Positions 9,185 through 19,218 of a DNA stretch of 64,000 nt are shown here, piece by piece. Positions within the stretch are counted from its first letter, which is position 1, and each line of letters opens with the position of its first letter. The notes under the pieces were generated by a model that worked only from the letters and a program-made list of their open reading frames with translations, made no database searches and had not been told where the DNA came from. Both the position numbers and the translations under genes were made by a program. Source of the DNA: Blastocatellia bacterium (GTDB lineage: Bacteria > Acidobacteriota > Blastocatellia > UBA7656); contig CAVXWP010000014.1 of assembly GCA_963765495.1 (NCBI GenBank), positions 32,001 to 96,000 of the forward strand. Reading direction: 5' to 3'.

Positions 9185-10693
9185 TCACTTTCTTTGAGCC
9201 AGGCGACCGTAGAGCTTCCACCGGCTCTCGGTCGCTTGCGGGGCTGGAGCCTGCGATTGAGGTGTGCTCGATTTCGCGTGCAAAATGGCTGCTATTGCCG
9301 CGATGTCTTCTCGCTCCTGGGCGAGGTCGTCGGGCTTGGCGGCAGTCTCTTCCCGGTTCAGGAAACGATCAATGAATCCGGTGTCGAAATCACCCTGTCG
9401 AAACTGCTCGTCGCGGGTCACCCGGCGAAAGAAAGGCAGAGTAGTTTGTATGCCTTCTATCGCGTATTCATCCAGCGCGCGCGCCAGGCGATTTATTGCC
9501 GCCTCGCGCGTCTCGGCCCATACCGAGAGTTTTGAAAGCAACGAGTCGTAATAGACAGGCACTTCCCATCCTTCATAAATGCCGCTGTCTTCGCGTATGC
9601 CCGGACCCGCTGCAGGGCGCAATCCTGTGATGAGCCCCGGGCTTGGAAGGAAATTTTTATCCGGGTCTTCGGCATAGATTCGGCACTCGATGGCGGCCCC
9701 TCGCATAAGTATATCTTCCTGAGAAAAAGAGAGCCTTGCTCCATCGGCCACACGTATCTGTTCGTGAACAAGGTCGCGCCCCGTCACAAGCTCTGTAACC
9801 GGGTGCTCGACCTGAAGCCGTGTGTTCATTTCAAGAAAGTAGAAGTTGCGCTCCTGATCCACCAGAAACTCGATAGTGCCCGCATTTACATAACCCGAGG
9901 CGCGAGCGATTTTGACAGCGGCTTCGCCCATGCGCCTCCTCATATCCTCGTCGACTACAGGTGAAGGGCATTCCTCCAGGACTTTCTGATGACGGCGCTG
10001 GAGCGAGCATTCGCGCTCGCCCAGATAAACGACATTGCCTTCACTGTCACCAATCAGTTGAATCTCGATGTGGCGCGGGCGCTCGATATATTTTTCGATA
10101 TAGACGGCAGCGTTCTTAAAACTCGCGGCTGCTTCCGATTGCGCCATCGAAAATGCATTTGCCATCTCGTCTGCCGAGCGAACCAGCCGCATGCCGTGCC
10201 CGCCGCCGCCTGCCGCCGCTTTGAGCATGAGCGGGTAGCCGATTATGTCGGCCGAGGATCTGGCCTCATCTATTGACGCGAGCGGGGAAGTCGTTCCCGG
10301 CACTACGGGCGCGCCTGCCGCTTGAGCGGCCCGACGGGCGCTGGTTTTCGATCCCATAAGCTTCATCGCCGAGGCGGGAGGGCCTACCAGAACCAGACCG
10401 GCGCTTTCGACCGCTTCGGCAAACTCCGCATTCTCGGATAAGAACCCATATCCCGGATGAATCGCTTCGGCCCCTGTCCGTTTTGCCGCGTCTATTATCT
10501 TTTCGCTTACAAGATAGCTTTCGTTTGAGGGCGCGGGGCCTATATGAACCGCTTCATCCGAGACCCTGACGTGCAGAGAGGCCCGGTCTGCGTCGGAATA
10601 GACGGTCACGGGCGAAATGTGCATCTCGCGACACGCGCGCGCGATGCGAACGGCGATCTCTCCGCGATTTGCGATCAAGAGCTTCTTAAACAT
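9185..10693 (-). CDS. accC: Biotin carboxylase subunit (acetyl/propionyl-CoA carboxylase)
   Basis: MFKKLLIANRGEIA, HPGYGFLSEN, ERECSLQRRHQK, EMNTRLQVEHPVTE. Confidence 0.95.
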   Translation of the reverse strand: MFKKLLIANRGEIAVRIARACREMHISPVTVYSDADRASLHVRVSDEAVHIGPAPSNESYLVSEKIIDAAKRTGAEAIHPGYGFLSENAEFAEAVESAGLVLVGPPASAMKLMGSKTSARRAAQAAGAPVVPGTTSPLASIDEARSSADIIGYPLMLKAAAGGGGHGMRLVRSADEMANAFSMAQSEAAASFKNAAVYIEKYIERPRHIEIQLIGDSEGNVVYLGERECSLQRRHQKVLEECPSPVVDEDMRRRMGEAAVKIARASGYVNAGTIEFLVDQERNFYFLEMNTRLQVEHPVTELVTGRDLVHEQIRVADGARLSFSQEDILMRGAAIECRIYAEDPDKNFLPSPGLITGLRPAAGPGIREDSGIYEGWEVPVYYDSLLSKLSVWAETREAAINRLARALDEYAIEGIQTTLPFFRRVTRDEQFRQGDFDTGFIDRFLNREETAAKPDDLAQEREDIAAIAAILHAKSSTPQSQAPAPQATESRWKLYGRLAQRK

Positions 10694-10831
10694 GATCCCT
10701 GATTGAATTGGGGCAGCGCGGCTGGCTGGCACCCCCATCCGGCGCTTGCGGCAGCCGACAGATAATTCAAAGGGCGGGCAACCTGCGCCCGCCCACGTAG
10801 CTAATAATACGATTATTCGCGCGCGAAAATC

Positions 10832-11557
10832 TCAACGCGGGGCAGCGCCCTGGACTATAGATCGTTTTACGACTTCGTCGCTTGGCAAAAATACGCCGTC
10901 GCGCATAATAATGTCGTCATCGGTTCCCATCTTTTCATCCGGGCCGGCCGAGCGTAATTCGAAATTGGCAATCGGTAAACTGGCTGTCGGAGACCTGTCT
11001 GCGATGGCTTCGGTATAACTGTGATACTCGATGGTATGCATCCAATAATCGGCGGGAAGCGATTCGTTTATAACCTTCCTGATGGCCAGGTCGTTAGGCG
11101 GGTACGAGCCGTATTTATGCTTATACGCTTCAAGAATATTTACCACATGATAAATACTTGCCTGAGTTGCCGCCGTCTGTTTTATCTGGCGGTTTTCCAG
11201 AAAACGTGGAATGTGAGCGACAGCGAAAGAGGCCGCCACCGCGCAGGCCGCTACCGAAACAACGAGCGTTGCCGTCGCCACCCTCAATCCGCCGTAGGCG
11301 GCAGGCTCGGATCTGGCGAGGCGCATTGCGCGTCGAGACGACCAGATTACGAGCACGCCCGCAAACGCAAGGTATTTTGTAATTATGAGCGCGCCCGCTA
11401 TGACGACGAGAAGCATCATTGTCGCCATCATCACCGGACCGAGACGCGGAACCTTGACGAGCGCCTCGTTTACGGGCTCGCCAACGAATCGCGCGCCGCA
11501 GGCACATTCAAACGCGGCGAGCGATATTTCATTACCACAACATGGGCACAACATCAA
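10832..11557 (-). CDS. Membrane protein with N-terminal Cys-rich zinc-ribbon-like motif and C-terminal GspG/pseudopilin-like domain
   Basis: CPCCG..CACG; about 3 TM helices; LEAYKHKYGSYP, DYW, LRSAGPDEKMGTDDDI. Confidence 0.7.
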   Translation of the reverse strand: MMLCPCCGNEISLAAFECACGARFVGEPVNEALVKVPRLGPVMMATMMLLVVIAGALIITKYLAFAGVLVIWSSRRAMRLARSEPAAYGGLRVATATLVVSVAACAVAASFAVAHIPRFLENRQIKQTAATQASIYHVVNILEAYKHKYGSYPPNDLAIRKVINESLPADYWMHTIEYHSYTEAIADRSPTASLPIANFELRSAGPDEKMGTDDDIIMRDGVFLPSDEVVKRSIVQGAAPR

Positions 11558-11576
11558 AAATAGCTCCTATCGTTTT

Positions 11577-12287
11577 TCAATTCTGAACGGAATAATCCGC
11601 TCTTACGAGCTTTTCACTGGCGGCTGCGTTTTCGCGTCTGGCGCGTAATGCTTCGACCGCCTGACGGTCAGTCTCTCTCAATTCGTGCCACGTATGATAT
11701 ATCCTGTGGACAACGGTCCAGTGCGATAAAACGGCCAGCACCCATAAGACCTGTGGCATTTTGTACAGGAACGGGTTCGACGGCGGGCCCATCATGGTAA
11801 GCGACCCGATTATCAACAACACAAGGCGCTCCGGTCTCTCCAGAAAACCTACCTTGCAGGCGATGTCGAGCGATTCGGCCCGCGCGCGCGAATAACTGAC
11901 CAGTACCGACCCGACCAGCGCAAGTCCTGTAAGGGTGACAAGCAAAATCGAATGATCCTTGGTCGCACGCGCGTAAAAGAGCATGATCCCAAGATAGACC
12001 ACGATGTCGGAATAGCGGTCAAGCACTGAATCAAAGAACGCGCCGAACCGGGTTACACGCCCTCTGCGGCGCGCTACCTGGCCGTCCAACATATCAAACA
12101 GGGCAGCGAAGATCAACAACGACCCGCCCGCGACAAACCTGCCGTAGCCATATAAAAATGCGCAACCGATGTTTATCACCAATCCGATAAAGGTCAGCGC
12201 ATTCGGATTTGCACGGCTGCGCGCAAGCGGGCGCACAATGGCATCCAGTATTTTTTTGCTCCCTACTCCGATGGCATCACTGATCAT
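11577..12287 (-). CDS. CDP-alcohol phosphatidyltransferase family protein
   Basis: DMLDGQVARRRGRVTRFGAFFDSVLDRYSD signature. Confidence 0.93.
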   Translation of the reverse strand: MISDAIGVGSKKILDAIVRPLARSRANPNALTFIGLVINIGCAFLYGYGRFVAGGSLLIFAALFDMLDGQVARRRGRVTRFGAFFDSVLDRYSDIVVYLGIMLFYARATKDHSILLVTLTGLALVGSVLVSYSRARAESLDIACKVGFLERPERLVLLIIGSLTMMGPPSNPFLYKMPQVLWVLAVLSHWTVVHRIYHTWHELRETDRQAVEALRARRENAAASEKLVRADYSVQN

Positions 12288-12366
12288 TCAGGCCTCCAAA
12301 GCACTGCCCAATACGCGCCACCGACGCGCTAATATTGCAAACGCTCACGCCTGTTGTCAAGGAATT

Positions 12367-12459
12367 GATGCGTGATCGCCGATGCGTGACTTTCAGATAG
12401 ATGACTTTCGATTGGAAATTGCCGGCTTCCGGGTCGCGCATCATCGATCACGCACCACG
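12367..12459. repeat. CGTGA-heptamer-armed palindromic repeat, family copy 2 (degenerate)
   Basis: gatgcgtgatcgccgatgcgtgactttcagatag ... catcatcgatcacgcaccacg. Confidence 0.7.
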
Positions 12460-12461
12460 GA

Positions 12462-12935
12462 TTACTTCTCAGAATCGTGAATGGTTATAAGCTTTATTAT
12501 CTCGAACCGGCGTTTCCCGGAGGGAATTACTATCTCTACTTCGTCGCCTTCTTTCTTTCCCATCAGTCCACGTCCAACAGGGGAGGTCGTGCTTATCTTT
12601 CCCATCGCGGCGTCTGCATCTTCGGCCATCACGAGTTTGTAGGTGATCTCGTCGCCCGCATCCACATCGTACAGCATCACAGTGGAACCGTAGGCTATGC
12701 GATCTTTTGGCAGCCGTGAGGTGTCTATCATGGAGAGGTCCGCCATGCGTTGCCGCAAATTGGCAATGCGGGCGCGAACATAGTCCTGGCGATTGCGCGC
12801 CGCTTCATACTCCGCATTCTCAGAGAGATCCCCCATGGCGACGGCTTTCTTAAGCTCCTGGGGAATTTCGGTTCTCAGTTCTGCCTCAAGCTGACGTAGC
12901 TCTTCCTGTATTTTCTGTCTTATTTCTTCCGACAT
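12462..12935 (-). CDS. greA: Transcription elongation factor GreA
   Basis: GDLSENAEYEAAR, ISTTSPVGRGLMGKKEGD. Confidence 0.95.
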   Translation of the reverse strand: MSEEIRQKIQEELRQLEAELRTEIPQELKKAVAMGDLSENAEYEAARNRQDYVRARIANLRQRMADLSMIDTSRLPKDRIAYGSTVMLYDVDAGDEITYKLVMAEDADAAMGKISTTSPVGRGLMGKKEGDEVEIVIPSGKRRFEIIKLITIHDSEK

Positions 12936-13567
12936 ATCATCACAAGCCGAGAGTTATCTGATTCGGCATCCTCCATCTCAAAAACAGTAATAAAGCGTTT
13001 CGCTCATCGCACCAGACCGGAAGCCTTACGGTTCCGGCTGCGGGTCGTGTCGGGCATCTTCGGTTGCCACACCAGACACAAAGCGGTTCCTCATATCTCG
13101 ATAGAGTTTATATCGCCTCGCATCATCATCACAAGTAAACTTTTTCGGCTCTCCCTCTTCGCAAAATCGAGACACATAATAAACCGCCCGGCATTTTCCC
13201 GGTTCTGATTCCGAAGCGAACAGTTCAACAAGCCGATTGATCAGCGTATCATTCCGCCGTTTTTGTCGCATCAGAGGTAGAAAACTATTGCCGAATGCCG
13301 GAGAGCATCTATCATGAAATCAGAGATTGGTATTGCTGAGATGAACGAGGAACGCAAGCCACGGATGTATGTGTGGTGACCATAGATTGAGAGCGCCTGA
13401 TGATTGGCATCATCCGCGCTGGCTCTGCACGTCCCGGTCAATCGATGGGTTGTGGTTCCCCGGTCCCTATTATAGATGTCCCGATCTTCTGCGATTCGAT
13501 ATTGAATCGCGCGAAGATTGATGGGCGGAGCGCGATGCTTCTGCTTGTCTGTTTGGAGGAGGGTAAT

Positions 13568-14032
13568 ATGCTTATGACAAGGCAAATGGCCGATGCAATG
13601 GGAGCGCCCGCAGTTCAGGTGGCCCCGGTTGCCGGCAGGCAAGATATAAAACAACTTCGAAACGAAATGATTTCGCTTCGAAGGCAACGGCGAAAACTGG
13701 AACGCGATGCAAAGGCCCGGATTCGGCAAAACATCTTTCTTCTGGTCCTGATCTTTATTCCCGCGGCTTTTACTTCTTTTATCTTCATGGCAAATATCAC
13801 TCGCACAAGCCAGTTTCAAAGCCGGGCCGGTATCGTAGCGGTTCTGGCCGAGTTGATAATCGTGGTGATTTATGAAGTGCGCTGGCGGAGGCGAATCAAT
13901 AAGAAAATGTTTGACGATTTGCAGACGCTTGATTCAAAGCTGTCGGAGGTCACGCAGGAAATTTCCGCCCGAAGGGCCAATGAGCAAGATGCAAAAAGCG
14001 AGGCGGTAACCCTGAATTCACGACAGGGTTGA
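13568..14032 (+). CDS. Hypothetical two-TM membrane protein with flanking coiled coils
   Basis: GGAGGAGG RBS before ATG 13568; two hydrophobic helices. Confidence 0.6.
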   Translation: MLMTRQMADAMGAPAVQVAPVAGRQDIKQLRNEMISLRRQRRKLERDAKARIRQNIFLLVLIFIPAAFTSFIFMANITRTSQFQSRAGIVAVLAELIIVVIYEVRWRRRINKKMFDDLQTLDSKLSEVTQEISARRANEQDAKSEAVTLNSRQG

Positions 14033-14240
14033 GCGCTAAGGGTCAGGCTTTGCCTGGATCGAATCTCCTCAAATAGCAATATCTGTTCAATGCCGCCGGG
14101 AAAGATCAGCATTGTCATAATGACCTGATGGGTGCGGGCGGACAAACCTTGTCAGCGTTTATCCGCCTCGCACCACACGTGTTACGTCAATAAGTAGTAT
14201 CCGTCTTTATACGCCTCTCATCCGTAATTCCAGGCGGTTG

Positions 14241-14669
14241 TCAAGAGACGGAGAAATTAGCCGTTTTCTGATCCTTTTGCGTGCCGTCGCTATCCATCAT
14301 AAAGACTTCGATCTTGTATTTGCCCGGTGGCCACCCGGTCGCCGGCGCTGAGAAGGTGAAAGTTGCCTCGCCGCTGTCGGTCATATCCAGCGTCTTTTCA
14401 GCGCCCGGAACCGGCCCGCTCTCTTCGCCTTCGACATTATCAATGACCAGACGCCCCTTTACCTTGACCGCGCTCGGGACATCTGAAATCTCCGCGACAG
14501 CATAGACCGTATCGTTCGACTTGAAGTTACTGGTCGGCTGGCTGACGCTTTTGTCTGTCCCCAATTTCAGGTCGCTTATATTGGCCGTCGTGACGCTGAA
14601 ATGACAGGCGGGGGCAACAACGAGCAGGAGGCCGAGGCTCAGTGTGAAATACCATCTCATTGTTTGCAT
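14241..14669 (-). CDS. Putative lipoprotein with beta-rich (Ig-like) domain
   Basis: Lipobox-like VAPAC; GWPPGKYKIEV motif. Confidence 0.75.
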   Translation of the reverse strand: MQTMRWYFTLSLGLLLVVAPACHFSVTTANISDLKLGTDKSVSQPTSNFKSNDTVYAVAEISDVPSAVKVKGRLVIDNVEGEESGPVPGAEKTLDMTDSGEATFTFSAPATGWPPGKYKIEVFMMDSDGTQKDQKTANFSVS

Positions 14670-14705
14670 TCTCTTTTTTCTCCTCTGAGTTGTCGGTTCC
14701 ATAAA

Positions 14706-15149
14706 CTACTTCACAAAATGCTCAATAAAGTCATTGATCATTTCGTGAAGTATGTTGTTAAGGGCGTCGAGCGTGTCTACGTCGCGATCCTCGTCCCAGT
14801 CACCACATCCGGTCGAGATGTGCCAACCCTCGTCGTCGTCATCTACGTCAATTTTGATGTGCAGTTCAAGAATGTCCACACCATCGGCGTTGACGACCGC
14901 GAAATGCGCGGCTTCGAGCCACCCCTCGATAATCTCTTCAATCGATTCGGTCGTGTATTCGTCAATCTCGCCATGAATTTCGACGGTGATGTCCACGCGC
15001 TTTTCGTCGTTGCGGAAATGCAGGGTGTTTGATGGCGCGCGTTTCGGCGTCGCCGCCAGTGTCCTGGCAGCGAAGCAAGGGAACAGGATCAGCGCGACGA
15101 GCGCCAGTTCCATAATAGTCTTTCGTGCAATTTCAAATGTTCTCTTCAT
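14706..15149 (-). CDS. Secreted acidic hypothetical protein
   Basis: Signal peptide; RBS AAGGAAG; Asp/Glu-rich mature part. Confidence 0.7.
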   Translation of the reverse strand: MKRTFEIARKTIMELALVALILFPCFAARTLAATPKRAPSNTLHFRNDEKRVDITVEIHGEIDEYTTESIEEIIEGWLEAAHFAVVNADGVDILELHIKIDVDDDDEGWHISTGCGDWDEDRDVDTLDALNNILHEMINDFIEHFVK

Positions 15150-15457
15150 CGTTCTTCCTTTCTCCATTCTGATTATTATTTAGATGTAAAGTCTGTCGTA
15201 TTCGAGGGGATTCCGAGCAATCCTGAAAGGCAGGGTCCGTTGACGAGAGCAATACATCCTATCCACACGAGCAGGCAGCAGACTCTGCGCGATTGGAGCC
15301 CTGCGATAGCTCTCATTAGATAAGGGGGAATTGGCGCGCAAAAGTGTTCACAATATGAAAAAAATTTCGAGCAAACATAGTTCTAGCTGAAATTGTACTT
15401 GTGTGCTAGATTTAGGCAGTATTTGCTTGGGCGTACACCGCAGCAAAGCGAAGAAGT

Positions 15458-16030
15458 ATGGGAGCCTCTACGCCGCCTAATATCACCCAATTGCTGGTCG
15501 CCTGGAATCAGGGAGACCAGGACGCGTTGGCGCAATTAACGCCGCTGGTATATCGCGAACTCCACCGGCTGGCGCATGGCTATCTGGCTGGCGAGCGGCA
15601 CGGGCACGTTTTGCAAACCACGGCGCTGGTAAACGAGGCATTTGTGCGGCTGATTGATTGGCAGCAGGTCGAATGGCAGAACCGCGCCCATTTTTTCGGC
15701 GTCTCGGCGACGCTGATGCGGCACATTCTGGTGCAATTTGCGCGTGAGCAGCAGGCGGCGAAACGTGGCGGTAAGGCGATCCAGGTATCCCTGTCGGCCG
15801 CCGCCAGTGACAGCACCCGGCACAACCCCGATCTGGTGGCCTTGGATGACGCGCTGGCCGCTCTTGAAAAACTCGATCAGCGTCAGGCCCGCATCGTTGA
15901 GTTGCGTTTCTTCGGCGGCTTAAGCCTTGAGGAGACGGCCGAGGTGGTGCGGGTATCGGTCAGCACCGTGCGCCGCGACTGGCGCATGGCACAAGCCTGG
16001 TTACATCAGCAATTGAGCCAAACGGCATGA
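15458..16030 (+). CDS. ECF-type sigma factor (TIGR02999-like, kinase-associated)
   Basis: ITQLLVAW..GD..AL..L.PLVY.EL, LQTTALVNEAF, VELRFFGGLS.EE.A, TVRRDW. Confidence 0.93.
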   Translation: MGASTPPNITQLLVAWNQGDQDALAQLTPLVYRELHRLAHGYLAGERHGHVLQTTALVNEAFVRLIDWQQVEWQNRAHFFGVSATLMRHILVQFAREQQAAKRGGKAIQVSLSAAASDSTRHNPDLVALDDALAALEKLDQRQARIVELRFFGGLSLEETAEVVRVSVSTVRRDWRMAQAWLHQQLSQTA

Positions 16031-19000
16031 CGCCTGAACGCTATCAACACATTGGCAGGCTGTTTGATGAGGCACTCGAACACGCGCCGGAAACGCGCGG
16101 CGCGTATCTGGATCAGGCTTGCGGTGCAGATGCCGGATTGCGCGCCGAGGTCGAAAGCCTGCTGGCCAATCATTTCGAATCCGAGGAATTTCTCTCCCGC
16201 CCGGCACTGGACGTAGCCGCCGCGTTGCTCGCGCAAGATCAACACGCCTCTCTGTCGGGCCAGACTCTTGGTCACTATCGCATTCTTGCCCTGCTCGGAG
16301 CGGGCGGCATGGGTGAAGTCTATCTCGCCGAAGACACACGCCTGCGCCGTAAAGTTGCCATAAAAGTCCTGCCACGAACTATCGCTCGGGATGCGGATGG
16401 TTTGCGCCGTTTTGAACAGGAGGCGTTTGCCGCGTCCGCACTGAACCATCCGAATATTTTGACTATTTTCGAGTTTGGCGCCGAAGGCGATATCCATTTC
16501 CTCGCTTCCGAATTCGTTCAGGGCGAAACTCTGCGCGCCAGACTCCAGCGCGAACGCCCGAGCTTATCCGAAACACTCGGCCTCATCATCCAAATCGCTT
16601 CCGCCCTGCATGCGGCACACGAAGCAGGCATAATCCACCGTGACATCAAGCCCGAAAACATAATGGTGCGGCCTGATGGCATCATCAAAGTCCTTGACTT
16701 TGGTCTCGCCAAGCTTACCGAATCACCGGCGTCCTTCGTTGATATGGAGACGACCCCGGCAGCCAGAATGAACACAAAAGCCGGAGTCGTGATGGGCACG
16801 ACCGCGTATATGTCACCGGAGCAGGCGCGAGGGTTGGGAGTTGATGTTCGGACCGATATCTTTAGTTTGGGCGTGGTGCTCTATGAGATGGTAGCCGGCT
16901 GCGCTCCCTTTGAAGGGCCAAGCGCCAGTGATGTGATTGCCTCGATTCTGACTCAGGCTCCGCCGCCAGTTTCACACTACTCGCCAGCCGTGCCCGCCGA
17001 ACTGGAGCGGATCATCGGCAAAGCCTTGGAGAAGGTTCGGGAGGACCGCTTTCAAGTTGTGAAAGACTTGCTGGTTGATTTGAAGCGGTTCAAGCAACGA
17101 CAGGCGTTTGAAGCAGAATTAGTGCGCTCGGGTGCGTCAGGCGAAAAAGATGCAGCCGTGGTGGCTGAAAGCGGGTCGGAGGCGACAGAGACGGCCCGCC
17201 CGCTTTCAGCCCACCCGCAGGCGACTTACAGCACGGAGGCGGAAACTGTTCGCAGAACCACCCGCATGGCGAACCTGTTTGGCGCGACAAAACGGCACAA
17301 ACAGATAGCGGCACTGGTTGGCCTGCTCGTGGCGGGGGCGGGTCTCATCTTCTGGCTCTCTCCATTTGGCCGGCACCGGGCTCCCCTGCAGAGTGCGACC
17401 GCGAGAATCATTCCCTTCACTACCTTTTCGGGCACGGCTGATCAACCCGCTTTCTCGCCGGACGGTAATGAGATCGCTTTTACCTGGGACGGCGGCAACG
17501 GCGACAACCTGGACATCTATATAAAACTGATCAGCGTCGGCACACCGCTGCGGCTGACGACAGACCCGGCCGAGGACATCAGTCCGGCCTGGTCACCTGA
17601 CGGGCGCTACCTGGCCTTTCTTCGGCGCTCGGCCAGTGAGAACGGCATCTTTATTGTCCCTGCTCTTGGCGGAGCCGAGCGTAAAGTTGGCAAGACCGAA
17701 CCGGAGTTGTCCAGACTGGCCTGGTCCCCGGATGGGCAGTTCCTGGCCATAGTGGATCGAACTTCACCCGACGAGCGCCAGAGCATTTTTTTACTCTCCG
17801 TGGAAAATGGCGAAAAGCAAAGACTGACCTCGCCTCCCGAGTTATCGGCCGATAATTCCCCGGTCTTCTCGCCCGACGGTAAGTACCTGGCTTTTATCCG
17901 TTCTGGCAGCCTTAGCTCCGAAGATGTCTATCTCATCTCGATTGAGGGCGGCAAACTTCGGCGAATCACGGCCGATGATAAGCGGGTACACAGCCTGACG
18001 TGGACAGCCGACAGTCGTGAAATCGTCTTCTCGTCGAATCGGGGCGGCGGCTTCAGTTTGTGGCGGGTAGCGGTCCCCGGCGGGACACCTGAGTGGGTCG
18101 CCGCCATCGGACAGAATGCCTACTCACCGGCGATCTCTCGTCAGGGCAATCGCCTGGCTTACAACGTCTCATTCTTAGACTCTAATATCTGGCGTCTTGA
18201 TCGTTCCGGCATCACTGGTCAGGCCGCCTCGGGTCGCCAGAACTCGCCGGTCAAATTGATCACTTCCACCCGGCAGGACCATAGTCCGCAATACTCTCCC
18301 GATGGCAAAAAGATTGTCTTTGTCTCGGACCGCTCCGGCAGCGATGAGATATGGGTGTGCGATGGCGACGGCTCTCATCCCGTACAACTGACTTTCTTTG
18401 ACGGTCCGCTCAGTGGGACGCCTCGTTGGTCTCCTGATGGCCGGCAGATAGTTTTCGATGCGCGGCCCGCCGGCAATTCCGACATTTACGTGATGAGCGC
18501 CGAAGGTGGCAACCCACACCCTCTCACCCAGGAGCCTTCCCACGATGTGATGCCTAGCTGGTCGCGAAATGGGCGCTGGATATACTTCTGCTCCAATCGC
18601 AGCGGCTCTTTCCAGATCTGGAAAATGTCGTCCGTCGGTGGGGAAGCCGTACAGGTGACGCAGCAAGGCGGATTTGAAGCCTTTGAATCACCAGATGGCA
18701 AGCTGCTCTACTACACGAAAGGCCGCACCCCCGGCGACATATGGCAAATGCCGGTCGCGGGCGGCGAGGAGAGGCAAGTGCCGGAACTGCTCAATGCCGG
18801 ATATCGACGTTATTGGACCCTGGCGGATGAAGGCATCTATTTCGCCTCGCCTCTGACATCAAATCGCACCGCGATCAAATTCTTTAGCTTTGCCACGCAC
18901 AGGATAGTAAAGATAGGGGTGCTTGAGAAAGACCCGCTCCAGGGACCGCCCGGATTGACTGTCTCTCCTGATGGCCGATGGATTTTGTACGCGCAAACGG

Positions 19001-19044
19001 ATCAAAGCATCAGTGATATTATGCTGGTCGAGAATTTTCGTTGA
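16027..19044 (+). CDS. Hanks-type Ser/Thr kinase with TM helix and periplasmic TolB/PD40 beta-propeller
   Basis: GAGGMGEVY, HRDIKPEN, DFG, YMSPEQ; many (W/F)SPDG repeats; ATGA overlap with the ECF gene. Confidence 0.95.
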   Translation: MTPERYQHIGRLFDEALEHAPETRGAYLDQACGADAGLRAEVESLLANHFESEEFLSRPALDVAAALLAQDQHASLSGQTLGHYRILALLGAGGMGEVYLAEDTRLRRKVAIKVLPRTIARDADGLRRFEQEAFAASALNHPNILTIFEFGAEGDIHFLASEFVQGETLRARLQRERPSLSETLGLIIQIASALHAAHEAGIIHRDIKPENIMVRPDGIIKVLDFGLAKLTESPASFVDMETTPAARMNTKAGVVMGTTAYMSPEQARGLGVDVRTDIFSLGVVLYEMVAGCAPFEGPSASDVIASILTQAPPPVSHYSPAVPAELERIIGKALEKVREDRFQVVKDLLVDLKRFKQRQAFEAELVRSGASGEKDAAVVAESGSEATETARPLSAHPQATYSTEAETVRRTTRMANLFGATKRHKQIAALVGLLVAGAGLIFWLSPFGRHRAPLQSATARIIPFTTFSGTADQPAFSPDGNEIAFTWDGGNGDNLDIYIKLISVGTPLRLTTDPAEDISPAWSPDGRYLAFLRRSASENGIFIVPALGGAERKVGKTEPELSRLAWSPDGQFLAIVDRTSPDERQSIFLLSVENGEKQRLTSPPELSADNSPVFSPDGKYLAFIRSGSLSSEDVYLISIEGGKLRRITADDKRVHSLTWTADSREIVFSSNRGGGFSLWRVAVPGGTPEWVAAIGQNAYSPAISRQGNRLAYNVSFLDSNIWRLDRSGITGQAASGRQNSPVKLITSTRQDHSPQYSPDGKKIVFVSDRSGSDEIWVCDGDGSHPVQLTFFDGPLSGTPRWSPDGRQIVFDARPAGNSDIYVMSAEGGNPHPLTQEPSHDVMPSWSRNGRWIYFCSNRSGSFQIWKMSSVGGEAVQVTQQGGFEAFESPDGKLLYYTKGRTPGDIWQMPVAGGEERQVPELLNAGYRRYWTLADEGIYFASPLTSNRTAIKFFSFATHRIVKIGVLEKDPLQGPPGLTVSPDGRWILYAQTDQSISDIMLVENFR

Positions 19045-19061
19045 ATTTTTTAGACAGGATT

Positions 19062-19199
19062 AGGTTCTGTTGACATTTCATTTTACGAGTCGCGTCAATC
19101 TGTTGAATCTGGGCTGTTTCAGCGGATTCAGAGCATTTTGGCGATCACAAAGCTAATCGTTTAGTTTCAGAATCTTATGAGCGAATGTCAACAGAACCT
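19062..19199. mobile_element. MITE-like element with perfect 16-bp terminal inverted repeats
   Basis: AGGTTCTGTTGACATT (19062-19077) / AATGTCAACAGAACCT (19184-19199); no coding capacity. Confidence 0.65.
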
Positions 19200-19218
19200 G
19201 ATACTCAAGGATTTCAGG

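Noticed and set aside
13026-13567. ORFs 13026-13271, 13271-13819 and the 5' part of 13400-14032
   Set aside because: No recognisable motifs or RBS; cannot be supported as genes
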